Below, one piece after another: positions 18,225 through 26,294 of a DNA stretch of 40,141 bases. The notes beneath the pieces are model-generated. The model ran no database searches, was not told the origin of the DNA, and saw only the letters and a program-made list of their open reading frames with translations. The DNA lies in IMG/VR virus record IMGVR_UViG_2534682091_000016; one strand, given 5' to 3'. This DNA is from a virus (lineage: Duplodnaviria; Heunggongvirae; Uroviricota; Caudoviricetes). The translations under genes and the position numbers were made by a program. Position 1 is the stretch's first letter. Each line of letters starts with the position of its first letter.

Positions 18225-19283
18225 TTACGCTCCGGTTTCTGCTGCGGCGGCGCTGAAGTCGCCAATCTGGATGTTTTCCACCAGTGCGGCGCAGCGGTAG
18301 TCCTCAACCACATAGGCTTCGTTAACGGATTCAAAGTTTTCAATCCGGTCACGTTTCGGGTTGTCGATAACTGAACGGCGGCGAGTGTCTTCCTGCCAGT
18401 AGATGGACAGGTTATCCAGACGGGTGATCAGCAGCGCATTCGGCGGGAAGAACGGCGCACGCACGGCCTGCAGGCCACCCATGCGTTTCTGGCTGATGAT
18501 CATATCTGCAGCCAGTTTTTCACTGTTCTCCTGCTCTTTGTTGACCAGCGGGAAATACTTGTCAGACAACAGTTCACGACCGCAAATCACCACCAGATCG
18601 TCATCGTCCTGGTAAACCACGTCGATAAGCTCATTAACGGCATCCATCACCACGGCGTCCAGGTTGGCATATTCGCCACCTTTACCGACTTTCACCGCGC
18701 CCGGTGTGGTTTCACCGCCCGTGGTGGTGCTGCCCATGACGTGATCCGGTGCATCCTCACGGATTTTCTGTAGCCAGCCTTTATTCACATCCTGCAGCAG
18801 CGGGTTTTCGCTGCGGTTGGAGGTTTTCGCACGCTTCACGCCGTTAAAGCCGATCATGATGCGGTCCAGTGCCTGACGTTTCACGATGGCGTCACGGATA
18901 CGCACCTGGAAATCCTGAAACTTCGCCCACAGGTCCAGCTTCGCGTAGGTCAGCACCGTGTCAAAGTTGGTCTGCTCGCATTTATATTCCACATCGACCA
19001 TCAGCGTCGGATCGACAGGCTCACGCTCTTTTGCGGTGGTATCAGTGGTTCCGGCAATGGTGCTGCCAACACCCAGCCCCAGCAACTGACCAGACTGCTC
19101 AGTCACTGGCGTGACGTTAATCAGCGTCAGGAATGCGGCGGATTGCTGGATCTGGTCTTCCAGCGTCTGCTGCACAGACGGCTCTACAGTAAACTTGCTG
19201 GACAGTTCTTCAACTGCCACACCGTTCAGACGCGCCAGCTGCTGCAGGTAAGCGTTAAAAGCAAAGCGGGTATTCTTCTTCAT
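18225..19283 (-). CDS. Major capsid protein gpN
   Basis: 352 aa, P2 gpN position between scaffold and M. Confidence 0.85.
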   Translation of the reverse strand: MKKNTRFAFNAYLQQLARLNGVAVEELSSKFTVEPSVQQTLEDQIQQSAAFLTLINVTPVTEQSGQLLGLGVGSTIAGTTDTTAKEREPVDPTLMVDVEYKCEQTNFDTVLTYAKLDLWAKFQDFQVRIRDAIVKRQALDRIMIGFNGVKRAKTSNRSENPLLQDVNKGWLQKIREDAPDHVMGSTTTGGETTPGAVKVGKGGEYANLDAVVMDAVNELIDVVYQDDDDLVVICGRELLSDKYFPLVNKEQENSEKLAADMIISQKRMGGLQAVRAPFFPPNALLITRLDNLSIYWQEDTRRRSVIDNPKRDRIENFESVNEAYVVEDYRCAALVENIQIGDFSAAAAETGA

Positions 19284-19299
19284 CAGGTTTTGTGCTCCA

Positions 19300-20133
19300 T
19301 CAGCAATTGGTCAGAGTGTCAGCGGGGGCGTTACCGCCTGTTGCACGCTGGCGGTAGTCCTGGCGGCTGTCTTCATGGCTCAGCTTGTCCACCAGTTCGT
19401 TAAAGGCGGTCTGCTGTGCCTGCAGAACAGTCTCCAGCTCAGACAGGCGTTCTTCCTGCTCAGACAGGGATTTTTCGGTGCGCGCACTCAGGTTCTGCTG
19501 CTCAGTGGCAACCAGTTCCACGGCCTTATGCACATCAGAGAACCGGGCGTCATCGGACTGCTCTTTTTTGGTGAACAGCGCCGTGACGCGGGAAAACAGG
19601 GACGGTTTGTCATCCTGGATTTCTTCCAGTTCGATCACCGTTTCCTCTGCAGCAGTAAAAAGATTGGCGGGATTCTGCTTGCGGTTTGCCAGCGGGTTAT
19701 GGGCTGCACTGGCGCTGAATGTCAGCATTTCCGTACCCAGACTGGCAGGGTCATCAGTGGCAGCCAGGCCGACCAGGTAGGCTTTGCCCGTATCAGCGAA
19801 CTTCGGGCTGACTTCCATAGAGGTGAATAATTTCTGGCCTTTTTTCACCAGCTCCACCAGGGACTCCGTTGGCTCAACGTCGGCATACAGTGCCATCTTG
19901 CCCGCCAGCGGACCTTCCGTGATTTCTTCAGCAAACAGCGCCGTCACCTTGCCGTAGCGGTTAAAGGTGCTGTCCGGCAGATAAGACTTGATGTGCTCAA
20001 GGTTAATCAGCGCGGTATACACCGCCGGGTTGTAGCTGGCTGCCATCTGTTCCAGCCATTCACGCTGGATTTCGCGTCCGTCGGTGGTGGCACCTTCCAC
20101 CCCGATGCGAAAACGCTTTGCTTTCACTGTCAT
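19300..20133 (-). CDS. Capsid scaffolding protein gpO
   Basis: 277 aa with charged coiled-coil C-terminus, divergent from P-Q. Confidence 0.8.
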   Translation of the reverse strand: MTVKAKRFRIGVEGATTDGREIQREWLEQMAASYNPAVYTALINLEHIKSYLPDSTFNRYGKVTALFAEEITEGPLAGKMALYADVEPTESLVELVKKGQKLFTSMEVSPKFADTGKAYLVGLAATDDPASLGTEMLTFSASAAHNPLANRKQNPANLFTAAEETVIELEEIQDDKPSLFSRVTALFTKKEQSDDARFSDVHKAVELVATEQQNLSARTEKSLSEQEERLSELETVLQAQQTAFNELVDKLSHEDSRQDYRQRATGGNAPADTLTNC

Positions 20134-20211
20134 GAGCCGTGCTCCGTTAGAAAAAACTTACTGGAGCCTTATGGTTGCGGTGATGGGGGCAGGGAAACAA
20201 TGCGCGGTATT

Positions 20212-20229
20212 TGTACCGACAACCACACA
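20212..20229 (+). promoter_or_regulatory. Putative Ogr-type activator site (TGT-N12-ACA) in the divergent O/P late promoter region
   Basis: TGTACCGACAACCACACA about 47-64 nt upstream of the P start codon, in the O-P intergenic region. Confidence 0.5.
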
Positions 20230-20275
20230 AACCGCAGGCGGGGAAAGCCTTCATTCAAGGCTGTAGGTTTGTGCC

Positions 20276-22042
20276 ATGAACACCACACTGACACCCGCAG
20301 ATCTCGATCCCCGTCGGCAGGCCATGCTGCTGTACTTTCAGGGATACCGCGTAGCCCGCATTGCTGAAATGCTGGGCGAGAAAGTTGCAACCGTTCACAG
20401 CTGGAAAAAACGCGACAAGTGGGGGGACTATGGGCCGCTGGATCAGATGCAGCTCACCACCGCCGCACGCTACTGCCAGCTCATTATGAAGGAGCACAAA
20501 GAAGGGAAAGATTTCAAAGAGATTGACCTGCTGGCGCGCCAGTCGGAACGCCACGCGCGGATCGGCAAGTTTAACAATGGCGGCAACGAAGCCGACTTAA
20601 ACCCTAACGTCGCCAACCGCAACAAAGGCCCGCGCCGTCAGCCGGAAAAGAATGTTTTCACCGATGAGCAGATTGAGAAGCTGGAAGAAATCTTCCATTC
20701 CTCCATGTTCAACTACCAGCGCCACTGGTGGGAAGCCGGAAAAACCAACCGCATCCGCAACCTGCTGAAGTCACGCCAGATCGGCGCGACCTTTTACTTT
20801 GCCCGTGAAGCCCTGATTGACGCTCTGCTTACCGGACGTAACCAGATTTTCCTTTCCGCCAGCAAGGCACAGGCCCACGTCTTTAAGCAGTACATCATCG
20901 ACTTCGCCAAAGAAGTGGAAGTGGAGCTGAAAGGCGATCCGATGGTGCTTCCCAACGGGGCCACACTGTATTTCCTCGGCACCAATGCCCGCACGGCCCA
21001 GAGTTACCACGGCAACCTGTATCTGGATGAATATTTCTGGATACCGAAATTCCAGGAGCTGCGCAAAGTGGCTTCCGGTATGGCTATTCACAAAAAATGG
21101 CGACAAACCTATTTTTCCACGCCATCCAGCCTGACACACAGTGCTTATCCGTTCTGGTCCGGTGCGCTATTCAACCGTGGGCGCAATAAAGCCGACAAGG
21201 TGGACATCGACCTGTCCCACAGCAATCTGGCTCCAGGCCTGCTGTGTGCAGACGGGCAATACCGCCAGATAGTCACCGTGGAAGATGCGGTGCGCGGCGG
21301 CTGTAACCTGTTCGACCTTGACCAGTTGCGCATGGAATACAGCCCGGACGAATACCAGAACCTGCTGATGTGTGAATTCGTGGACGATCTCGCGTCCGTG
21401 TTCCCGCTCAGCGAGCTGCAGGCGTGCATGGTGGACAGCTGGGAAGTCTGGACCGACTTTCATGCACTGGCCCTGCGCCCGTTTGGCTGGCGCGAAGTGT
21501 GGATCGGTTATGACCCGGCAAAAGGTACGCAAAACGGCGACAGCGCCGGGTGCGTGGTGGTGGCACCGCCAGCCGTGCCGGGCGGTAAGTTCCGCATTCT
21601 TGAGCGTCACCAGTGGCGCGGGATGGACTTCCGCGCCCAGGCTGACGCCATCAAAAAACTGACCGAACAGTACAACGTGACATACATCGGCATCGACTCA
21701 ACTGGCGTCGGCCACGGGGTTTACGAGAACGTGAAAGCGTTTTTTCCAGCCGTCCGGGAGTTTGTCTACAACCCCAACGTTAAAAACGCCCTGGTACTCA
21801 AGGCCTACGACATTATCAGCCACCGCCGTCTGGAGTTTGACGCCGGGCACACCGACATTGCGCAGTCATTCATGGCAATCCGTCGCGCCACCACCGCCAG
21901 CGGCAACCGCCCGACCTATGAAGCCAGCCGCAGCGAAGAAGCCAGCCACGCCGATCTGGCTTGGGCAACGATGCACGCATTGTTTAACGAACCGCTGCAG
22001 GGCGAATCCGCCAATACCAGCAATATTGTGGAGATTTTTTGA
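20276..22042 (+). CDS. Terminase large (ATPase) subunit gpP
   Basis: 588 aa, divergent from O and followed by the portal gene with a 4-nt overlap, as in P2. Confidence 0.88.
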   Translation: MNTTLTPADLDPRRQAMLLYFQGYRVARIAEMLGEKVATVHSWKKRDKWGDYGPLDQMQLTTAARYCQLIMKEHKEGKDFKEIDLLARQSERHARIGKFNNGGNEADLNPNVANRNKGPRRQPEKNVFTDEQIEKLEEIFHSSMFNYQRHWWEAGKTNRIRNLLKSRQIGATFYFAREALIDALLTGRNQIFLSASKAQAHVFKQYIIDFAKEVEVELKGDPMVLPNGATLYFLGTNARTAQSYHGNLYLDEYFWIPKFQELRKVASGMAIHKKWRQTYFSTPSSLTHSAYPFWSGALFNRGRNKADKVDIDLSHSNLAPGLLCADGQYRQIVTVEDAVRGGCNLFDLDQLRMEYSPDEYQNLLMCEFVDDLASVFPLSELQACMVDSWEVWTDFHALALRPFGWREVWIGYDPAKGTQNGDSAGCVVVAPPAVPGGKFRILERHQWRGMDFRAQADAIKKLTEQYNVTYIGIDSTGVGHGVYENVKAFFPAVREFVYNPNVKNALVLKAYDIISHRRLEFDAGHTDIAQSFMAIRRATTASGNRPTYEASRSEEASHADLAWATMHALFNEPLQGESANTSNIVEIF

Positions 22043-23073
22043 TGGGAAAGAGTAAGAAGAACCGCGCTGCGTCACAGAACCAGACCCAGCATAAAAGCCA
22101 GACTTCAGCCGAAGCATTCAGCTTTGGCGATCCCATTCCTGTACTGGACCGCCGCGAACTGCTGGACTATGTGGAATGCGTACAGACAGATCGTTGGTAT
22201 GAGCCGCCAGTGAGTTTCGACGGGCTGGCGCGCACCTTTCGCGCCGCCGTGCATCACAGCTCACCGATTGCAGTAAAGTGCAACATTCTGACCAGCACCT
22301 ACATCCCTCACCCGCTGCTCAGCCAGCAGGCTTTTTCACGTTTTGTGCAGGACTATCTGGTATTTGGTAACGCCTACCTGGAGAAACGCACGAACCGCTT
22401 CGGTGAAGTTATCGCCCTTGAACCGGCCCTAGCAAAATACACCCGACGCGGGTTAGACCTGGATACCTACTGGTTTGTGCAATACGGCATGACCACGCAG
22501 CCGTATCAGTTCACGAAAGGCAGTATCTTTCATCTGATGGAACCGGACATCAACCAGGAGATCTACGGCCTGCCCGGTTATCTTTCTGCCATTCCATCCG
22601 CCCTGCTCAACGAGTCCGCCACGCTGTTCCGTCGAAAGGATTACATTAACGGCAGTCATGCTGGCTTCATCATGTACATGACCGATGCCGCGCAGAACCA
22701 GGAGGATGTGAACAACCTCCGCAACGCGATGAAAAGCGCCAAAGGTCCAGGCAATTTCCGCAACCTGTTTATGTACTCCCCCAATGGCAAAAAGGATGGT
22801 ATTCAGATCATCCCACTGTCAGAGGTAGCGGCAAAAGATGAGTTTCTGAACATCAAAAACGTGAGCCGGGATGACATGATGGCTGCCCACCGCGTGCCGC
22901 CTCAGATGATGGGGATTATGCCTAGCAATGTTGGGGGGTTTGGTGATGTGGAAAAAGCAAGCAAAGTGTTTGTTAGAAATGAATTAATCCCATTGCAAAG
23001 AAGGATTCAAGAACTTAACGAATGGCTTAACATAGAAGTTATTATCTTTTCTCCATATAATTTATCCAATTGA
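22039..23073 (+). CDS. Portal protein gpQ
   Basis: 344 aa (P2 gpQ length); last roughly 40 codons are markedly AT-rich compared with the rest of the gene. Confidence 0.85.
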   Translation: MMGKSKKNRAASQNQTQHKSQTSAEAFSFGDPIPVLDRRELLDYVECVQTDRWYEPPVSFDGLARTFRAAVHHSSPIAVKCNILTSTYIPHPLLSQQAFSRFVQDYLVFGNAYLEKRTNRFGEVIALEPALAKYTRRGLDLDTYWFVQYGMTTQPYQFTKGSIFHLMEPDINQEIYGLPGYLSAIPSALLNESATLFRRKDYINGSHAGFIMYMTDAAQNQEDVNNLRNAMKSAKGPGNFRNLFMYSPNGKKDGIQIIPLSEVAAKDEFLNIKNVSRDDMMAAHRVPPQMMGIMPSNVGGFGDVEKASKVFVRNELIPLQRRIQELNEWLNIEVIIFSPYNLSN

Positions 23074-23080
23074 ATTTAAT

Positions 23081-23097
23081 GGGTAGTAAAACTACCC
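23081..23097. terminator. Bidirectional hairpin between portal and DprA-like genes
   Basis: GGGTAG-taaaa-CTACCC perfect stem 8 nt after the Q stop and 2 nt before the convergent DprA-like stop. Confidence 0.5.
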
Positions 23098-23098
23098 A

Positions 23099-24061
23099 CT
23101 AAATCAGAAAGTGACTCATATTAGATCTATAAATATCAGAATTTATCTTAATTTTGCTTATTGACTCAGATATTACATTCATCAGTGAATCATAGTCTTG
23201 ACTAGTGCGCAAGGGATTAGCCAATTCATTATCAACAAGTTGTTGAGTTCCTTCGCAATTAAGTCCCAGTGGATTATCAGCCTTATGCGGTACAACAGCA
23301 AAAATAGGTCTTGCCGCTTTAATAGCAAAATCCGCCTGCGTCATTGTCCCACTATTTTTTGCTGCTTCGATTAGTATCGAAACTGCTGATAAACCTACCT
23401 GGATTCTGTTGCGTTGCACAAATGACTGCTTGAATGCAGGCCTCCCTACAGGATACTCAGAAATCCAAGCCCCACCGTTAGATAAAATTTCATTTGCTAA
23501 TCTAGCATTTTGTTTAGGCTTAGCGCTCTCTAAACCATGAGCTAATACAGCAATTGTTTTAGCACCTGCCTTAAGAGCTGCCTTGTGTGCATTTGTATCA
23601 GTACCAATAGCTAGGCCGCTTACAATCACCACACCTCTTTCACAGATTTTCTTGGTAATTCTCTTCGTAATTTCTCCCCCTGCCATAGAAACTTCACGAG
23701 AACCAACAATTGCAACTCCTGGCATCTCACTAAGAATATTTACGTCCCCCTTCAAATATAACATTGCTGGGGGATTTGGCGTAATTGCTAAACAAATAGG
23801 GTATTTAGCATCTCCAAAAGGAATTGGAACAATCCCCAATGACAAATGCTTGCTCAAATAGTCTTCAGCATTATGCAATGACGCTATAGAAAAGGCGGAT
23901 TTTAAAATCCCGGCTGAATTAACACACTCAACCAATTCATATTCATCGGAAATAATATGGAATGGAATATCGTTAAATAATTTAAGCAACCCTTGTTCTG
24001 ATGCAAGTCTATCAACCTGTACCGATAGACCTAACAATATTTTGAATTGGGAAGGGTGCAT
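23099..24061 (-). CDS. DprA/Smf-like Rossmann-fold protein (accessory, candidate defence component)
   Basis: Core (GVVIVSGLAIGTDTNAHKAALKAGAKTIAVLAHGL...ISEYP...FVQRNRIQVGLS...IEAAKNSGT) aligns by eye with E. coli Smf/DprA. Start set at the Met with a GAGGAG Shine-Dalgarno, 4 nt after the PRTase stop. AT-rich codon usage. Confidence 0.7.
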   Translation of the reverse strand: MHPSQFKILLGLSVQVDRLASEQGLLKLFNDIPFHIISDEYELVECVNSAGILKSAFSIASLHNAEDYLSKHLSLGIVPIPFGDAKYPICLAITPNPPAMLYLKGDVNILSEMPGVAIVGSREVSMAGGEITKRITKKICERGVVIVSGLAIGTDTNAHKAALKAGAKTIAVLAHGLESAKPKQNARLANEILSNGGAWISEYPVGRPAFKQSFVQRNRIQVGLSAVSILIEAAKNSGTMTQADFAIKAARPIFAVVPHKADNPLGLNCEGTQQLVDNELANPLRTSQDYDSLMNVISESISKIKINSDIYRSNMSHFLI

Positions 24062-24065
24062 TATT

Positions 24066-24635
24066 TCACTCCTCATAATTAGCTGTTTCTAGTAACGCCA
24101 GTGGCAATATTGTCTTTGCGCCTGCATATCTTAACAGATAATAGCACGCCGTCATACTCCCCCCAGTTGTAGTAACATCATCAATAAGGAGAATAACCTT
24201 ATCAGCCACATTGGATGTAACTCCGATTGTTGACATATGATGTTCGACAGAACGATCTCCGCCCCCCTTATGAGCACTCACTACTGTTGTTTTTCTCTGT
24301 AATGATTGGTTATATACAGCATTAGGAAATTTTTTCGCAATATCTTGCGCTATTTTTATTAAAGCTTGAGATACTTTTCCCTCAGCATGAGAAGGAACAA
24401 TTGTTATCTCAAAGGGCACGTCGGTAAAAGCAACCCTACCAATCACATAGCTTTGGAGGCTAGAAGTTAAAAGTTGGGTAAAAATATTAACAGCCTTTGC
24501 ATACCCGGAATTTGAAGCGTCCTTCAAATCCATCATTGCCTTTGAAAGTCTATCCCCGGAACGAGGATTTCGCTCTCCTCGATATCGCCAAGGATGATAT
24601 GTACCGCAAGAGTAAATTTTGATTGGCCCCATCAT
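24066..24635 (-). CDS. Phosphoribosyltransferase-domain protein (ComF/PRTase-like; accessory, candidate defence component)
   Basis: 189 aa with the PRPP-binding signature VILLIDDVTTTGGS; co-oriented and near-abutting with the DprA-like gene. Confidence 0.7.
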   Translation of the reverse strand: MMGPIKIYSCGTYHPWRYRGERNPRSGDRLSKAMMDLKDASNSGYAKAVNIFTQLLTSSLQSYVIGRVAFTDVPFEITIVPSHAEGKVSQALIKIAQDIAKKFPNAVYNQSLQRKTTVVSAHKGGGDRSVEHHMSTIGVTSNVADKVILLIDDVTTTGGSMTACYYLLRYAGAKTILPLALLETANYEE

Positions 24636-24762
24636 TTTTCTGCGCCTTAAGAGTAGATATATCCATATTAAATGGATACTTACATCATTTACAACCCAAA
24701 AAATGACACCAAGTTATCACTAATGACTTAGGTTCAAATGCCAAACTAACTCTCTGCGCGCG

Positions 24763-24781
24763 CTCGTATCCCCGCCACGCC
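24763..24781 (-). other. Candidate cos site (19-nt cohesive-end sequence)
   Basis: Minus strand reads GGCGTGGCGGGGATACGAG; the first 13 nt match the P2/186 cohesive ends as recalled from memory (GGCGAGGCGGGGAAAGCAC / GGCGTGGCGGGGAAAGCAT). Confidence 0.45.
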
Positions 24782-24830
24782 TGCCCGCTTTATGTAGTGG
24801 TTTTCATGCAGGTGCATGATCTACGCAAAA

Positions 24831-24853
24831 GCCCGCCAGTTCTGGCGGGCTTT
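24831..24853. terminator. GC-rich hairpin (terminator-like) near the cos-like site
   Basis: GCCCGCCAG-ttc-TGGCGGGC with flanking A-run and T-run, so could terminate in either direction. Confidence 0.45.
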
Positions 24854-25123
24854 AGCAAAAACGATCCTCAAACGATCATGCAATCTCATGCAGCATAGAC
24901 ATGCACAGACGAGTAAAGCGAATCGGACTTTACGCAAGGTGAACTCCTCAGCGGGCATAATCAGTATGTCGGAAGATCTCTAAAAATGAATAATTCGGTT
25001 AACAGGTATGCTTACAAAAGCATATATTTGATTAAAAATCATGTAAGGGGGAGGATCTCAAACTGAATCGCCACGGGTTTTACAAATTTCGATAGTCTCT
25101 CTAACGTTTCGGCTGAGGTCAAA

Positions 25124-25549
25124 ATGAAAAGCTTTTACGTATTAATTTTAATTCTGGTTGCAAGCTTTGTTAGCGTCCCAGTTCAGGCGGTAACAGCTAA
25201 AAACTATGAGAAAGGAACTAAAGCTCAACAGAAATCAATATCTTACCTTTCATGTGCATTCTATGGCAGTAGCACACAATTAGATCCTAGCTACACGGAG
25301 CAAGTACCTACAGCCGATATCAAGATATTACAGAAAGCAGCTTACCACGCTTACAACGATGCGCTCTCATACTTTGGTTATGAGGAACCAGATCACGAAC
25401 AACGCATAATTGATTATGCTGAATTTGTGGCGTCGCAAGAAGCTGTGTTATGGGATAAACCGGGAATGAATGGAAAGCAGGTAACACTAATTGCTCGTTC
25501 TCTCTACAATGAGAGTAACTGTAACTTGTTACTGGACTCAATTAAGTAG
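25124..25549 (+). CDS. Hypothetical secreted protein (signal peptide)
   Basis: 141 aa; N-terminal signal peptide (MKSFYVLILILVASFVSVPVQA); lone plus-strand gene between cos and the SOS module. Confidence 0.55.
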   Translation: MKSFYVLILILVASFVSVPVQAVTAKNYEKGTKAQQKSISYLSCAFYGSSTQLDPSYTEQVPTADIKILQKAAYHAYNDALSYFGYEEPDHEQRIIDYAEFVASQEAVLWDKPGMNGKQVTLIARSLYNESNCNLLLDSIK

Positions 25550-25708
25550 GAAAAAGATGGTATTTTGCCCGTAGTTTCAACCTTAATCTCCGAACCTGTC
25601 GCAGAACGGGCGTTCACTCATCAAATAAACGCCACACCTAACGCCTCACTGTACTCGTTGTTCAACCTTGCTGACGCCAGAAGCAATTTCAGACGCCAGC
25701 AACGTTTC

Positions 25709-25942
25709 TTAATGCAGCCAGCTGTCGTCTTCCCACACCTTCTGCATAATTTTCATCACTTGTTTTCTTTCTTCGTCCAGTTGCAGTCCGGTCAGTTCCA
25801 CACCGTTAGAGCTACCTTTACGGATACGGATTACCGTTTTGGGATACAGGGGGCGCAGATTGCGGTAAAGCTCGGATTCAAGGGCGTCCAGGGTAGACTG
25901 GCTAATCTTCTGCTCTTTATCGATCATTATTTCAATGCGCAT
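25709..25942 (-). CDS. DinI-family protein
   Basis: MRIEIMIDK...LDALESEL...VIRIRKGSSNGVELTG...KIMQKVWEDDSW resembles E. coli DinI; start chosen at the Met with a GAGGTG Shine-Dalgarno rather than the longest ORF. Confidence 0.75.
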   Translation of the reverse strand: MRIEIMIDKEQKISQSTLDALESELYRNLRPLYPKTVIRIRKGSSNGVELTGLQLDEERKQVMKIMQKVWEDDSWLH

Positions 25943-25952
25943 AAAAGTCACC

Positions 25953-26141
25953 TCAGCTGATGACATCCATTGAGCGGTTGTATTCGTGGGTTCTGATTTT
26001 TGCCATGAGTTCATCAGTCAATTCAGAAACCCACTGCAGAGCCAGCCCCTTCTCTTCATCACTACACTCACTAGCCGCTACAAGCTTAAGAAAAAAATCA
26101 ATGCGCTGGAGCTTCAAAGACTCCAAAAAATAGTCCTGCAT
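25953..26141 (-). CDS. Small protein, first gene of LexA-box operon (possible Tum-like antirepressor N-terminal part)
   Basis: 62 aa from the Met with an AGGAGG Shine-Dalgarno; 44 nt downstream of a perfect LexA box; stops 10 nt before the DinI-like start. Confidence 0.5.
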   Translation of the reverse strand: MQDYFLESLKLQRIDFFLKLVAASECSDEEKGLALQWVSELTDELMAKIRTHEYNRSMDVIS

Positions 26142-26184
26142 CTTTCCTCCTATGACACCACACGCAACACTGTATGTATAACCA

Positions 26185-26200
26185 CTGTTTATATTTACAG
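26185..26200. promoter_or_regulatory. LexA box (SOS operator)
   Basis: CTGTTTATATTTACAG fits CTGT-N8-ACAG with an AT-rich centre; an overlapping half-site CTGTATGTATAA lies just upstream. Confidence 0.7.
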
Positions 26201-26294
26201 TATATAATAATCTTACTGATGTAAAACGTTTTTTTACGTTCATCAGCCTGATATGCCTGGTATTATTAAGAGCACGAATTGTTAACCCGCGTAA

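Noticed and set aside
20771-21610. Minus-strand ORFs of 122 and 147 aa inside the terminase large subunit gene
   Set aside because: Embedded antisense in a conserved 588-aa gene; no independent start signals.
23074-26294. P2 old and tin superinfection-exclusion genes
   Set aside because: Expected in this interval by synteny, but none of the ORFs has the size or motifs of Old (about 590 aa ATPase/nuclease) or Tin; the slot is occupied by different cargo.
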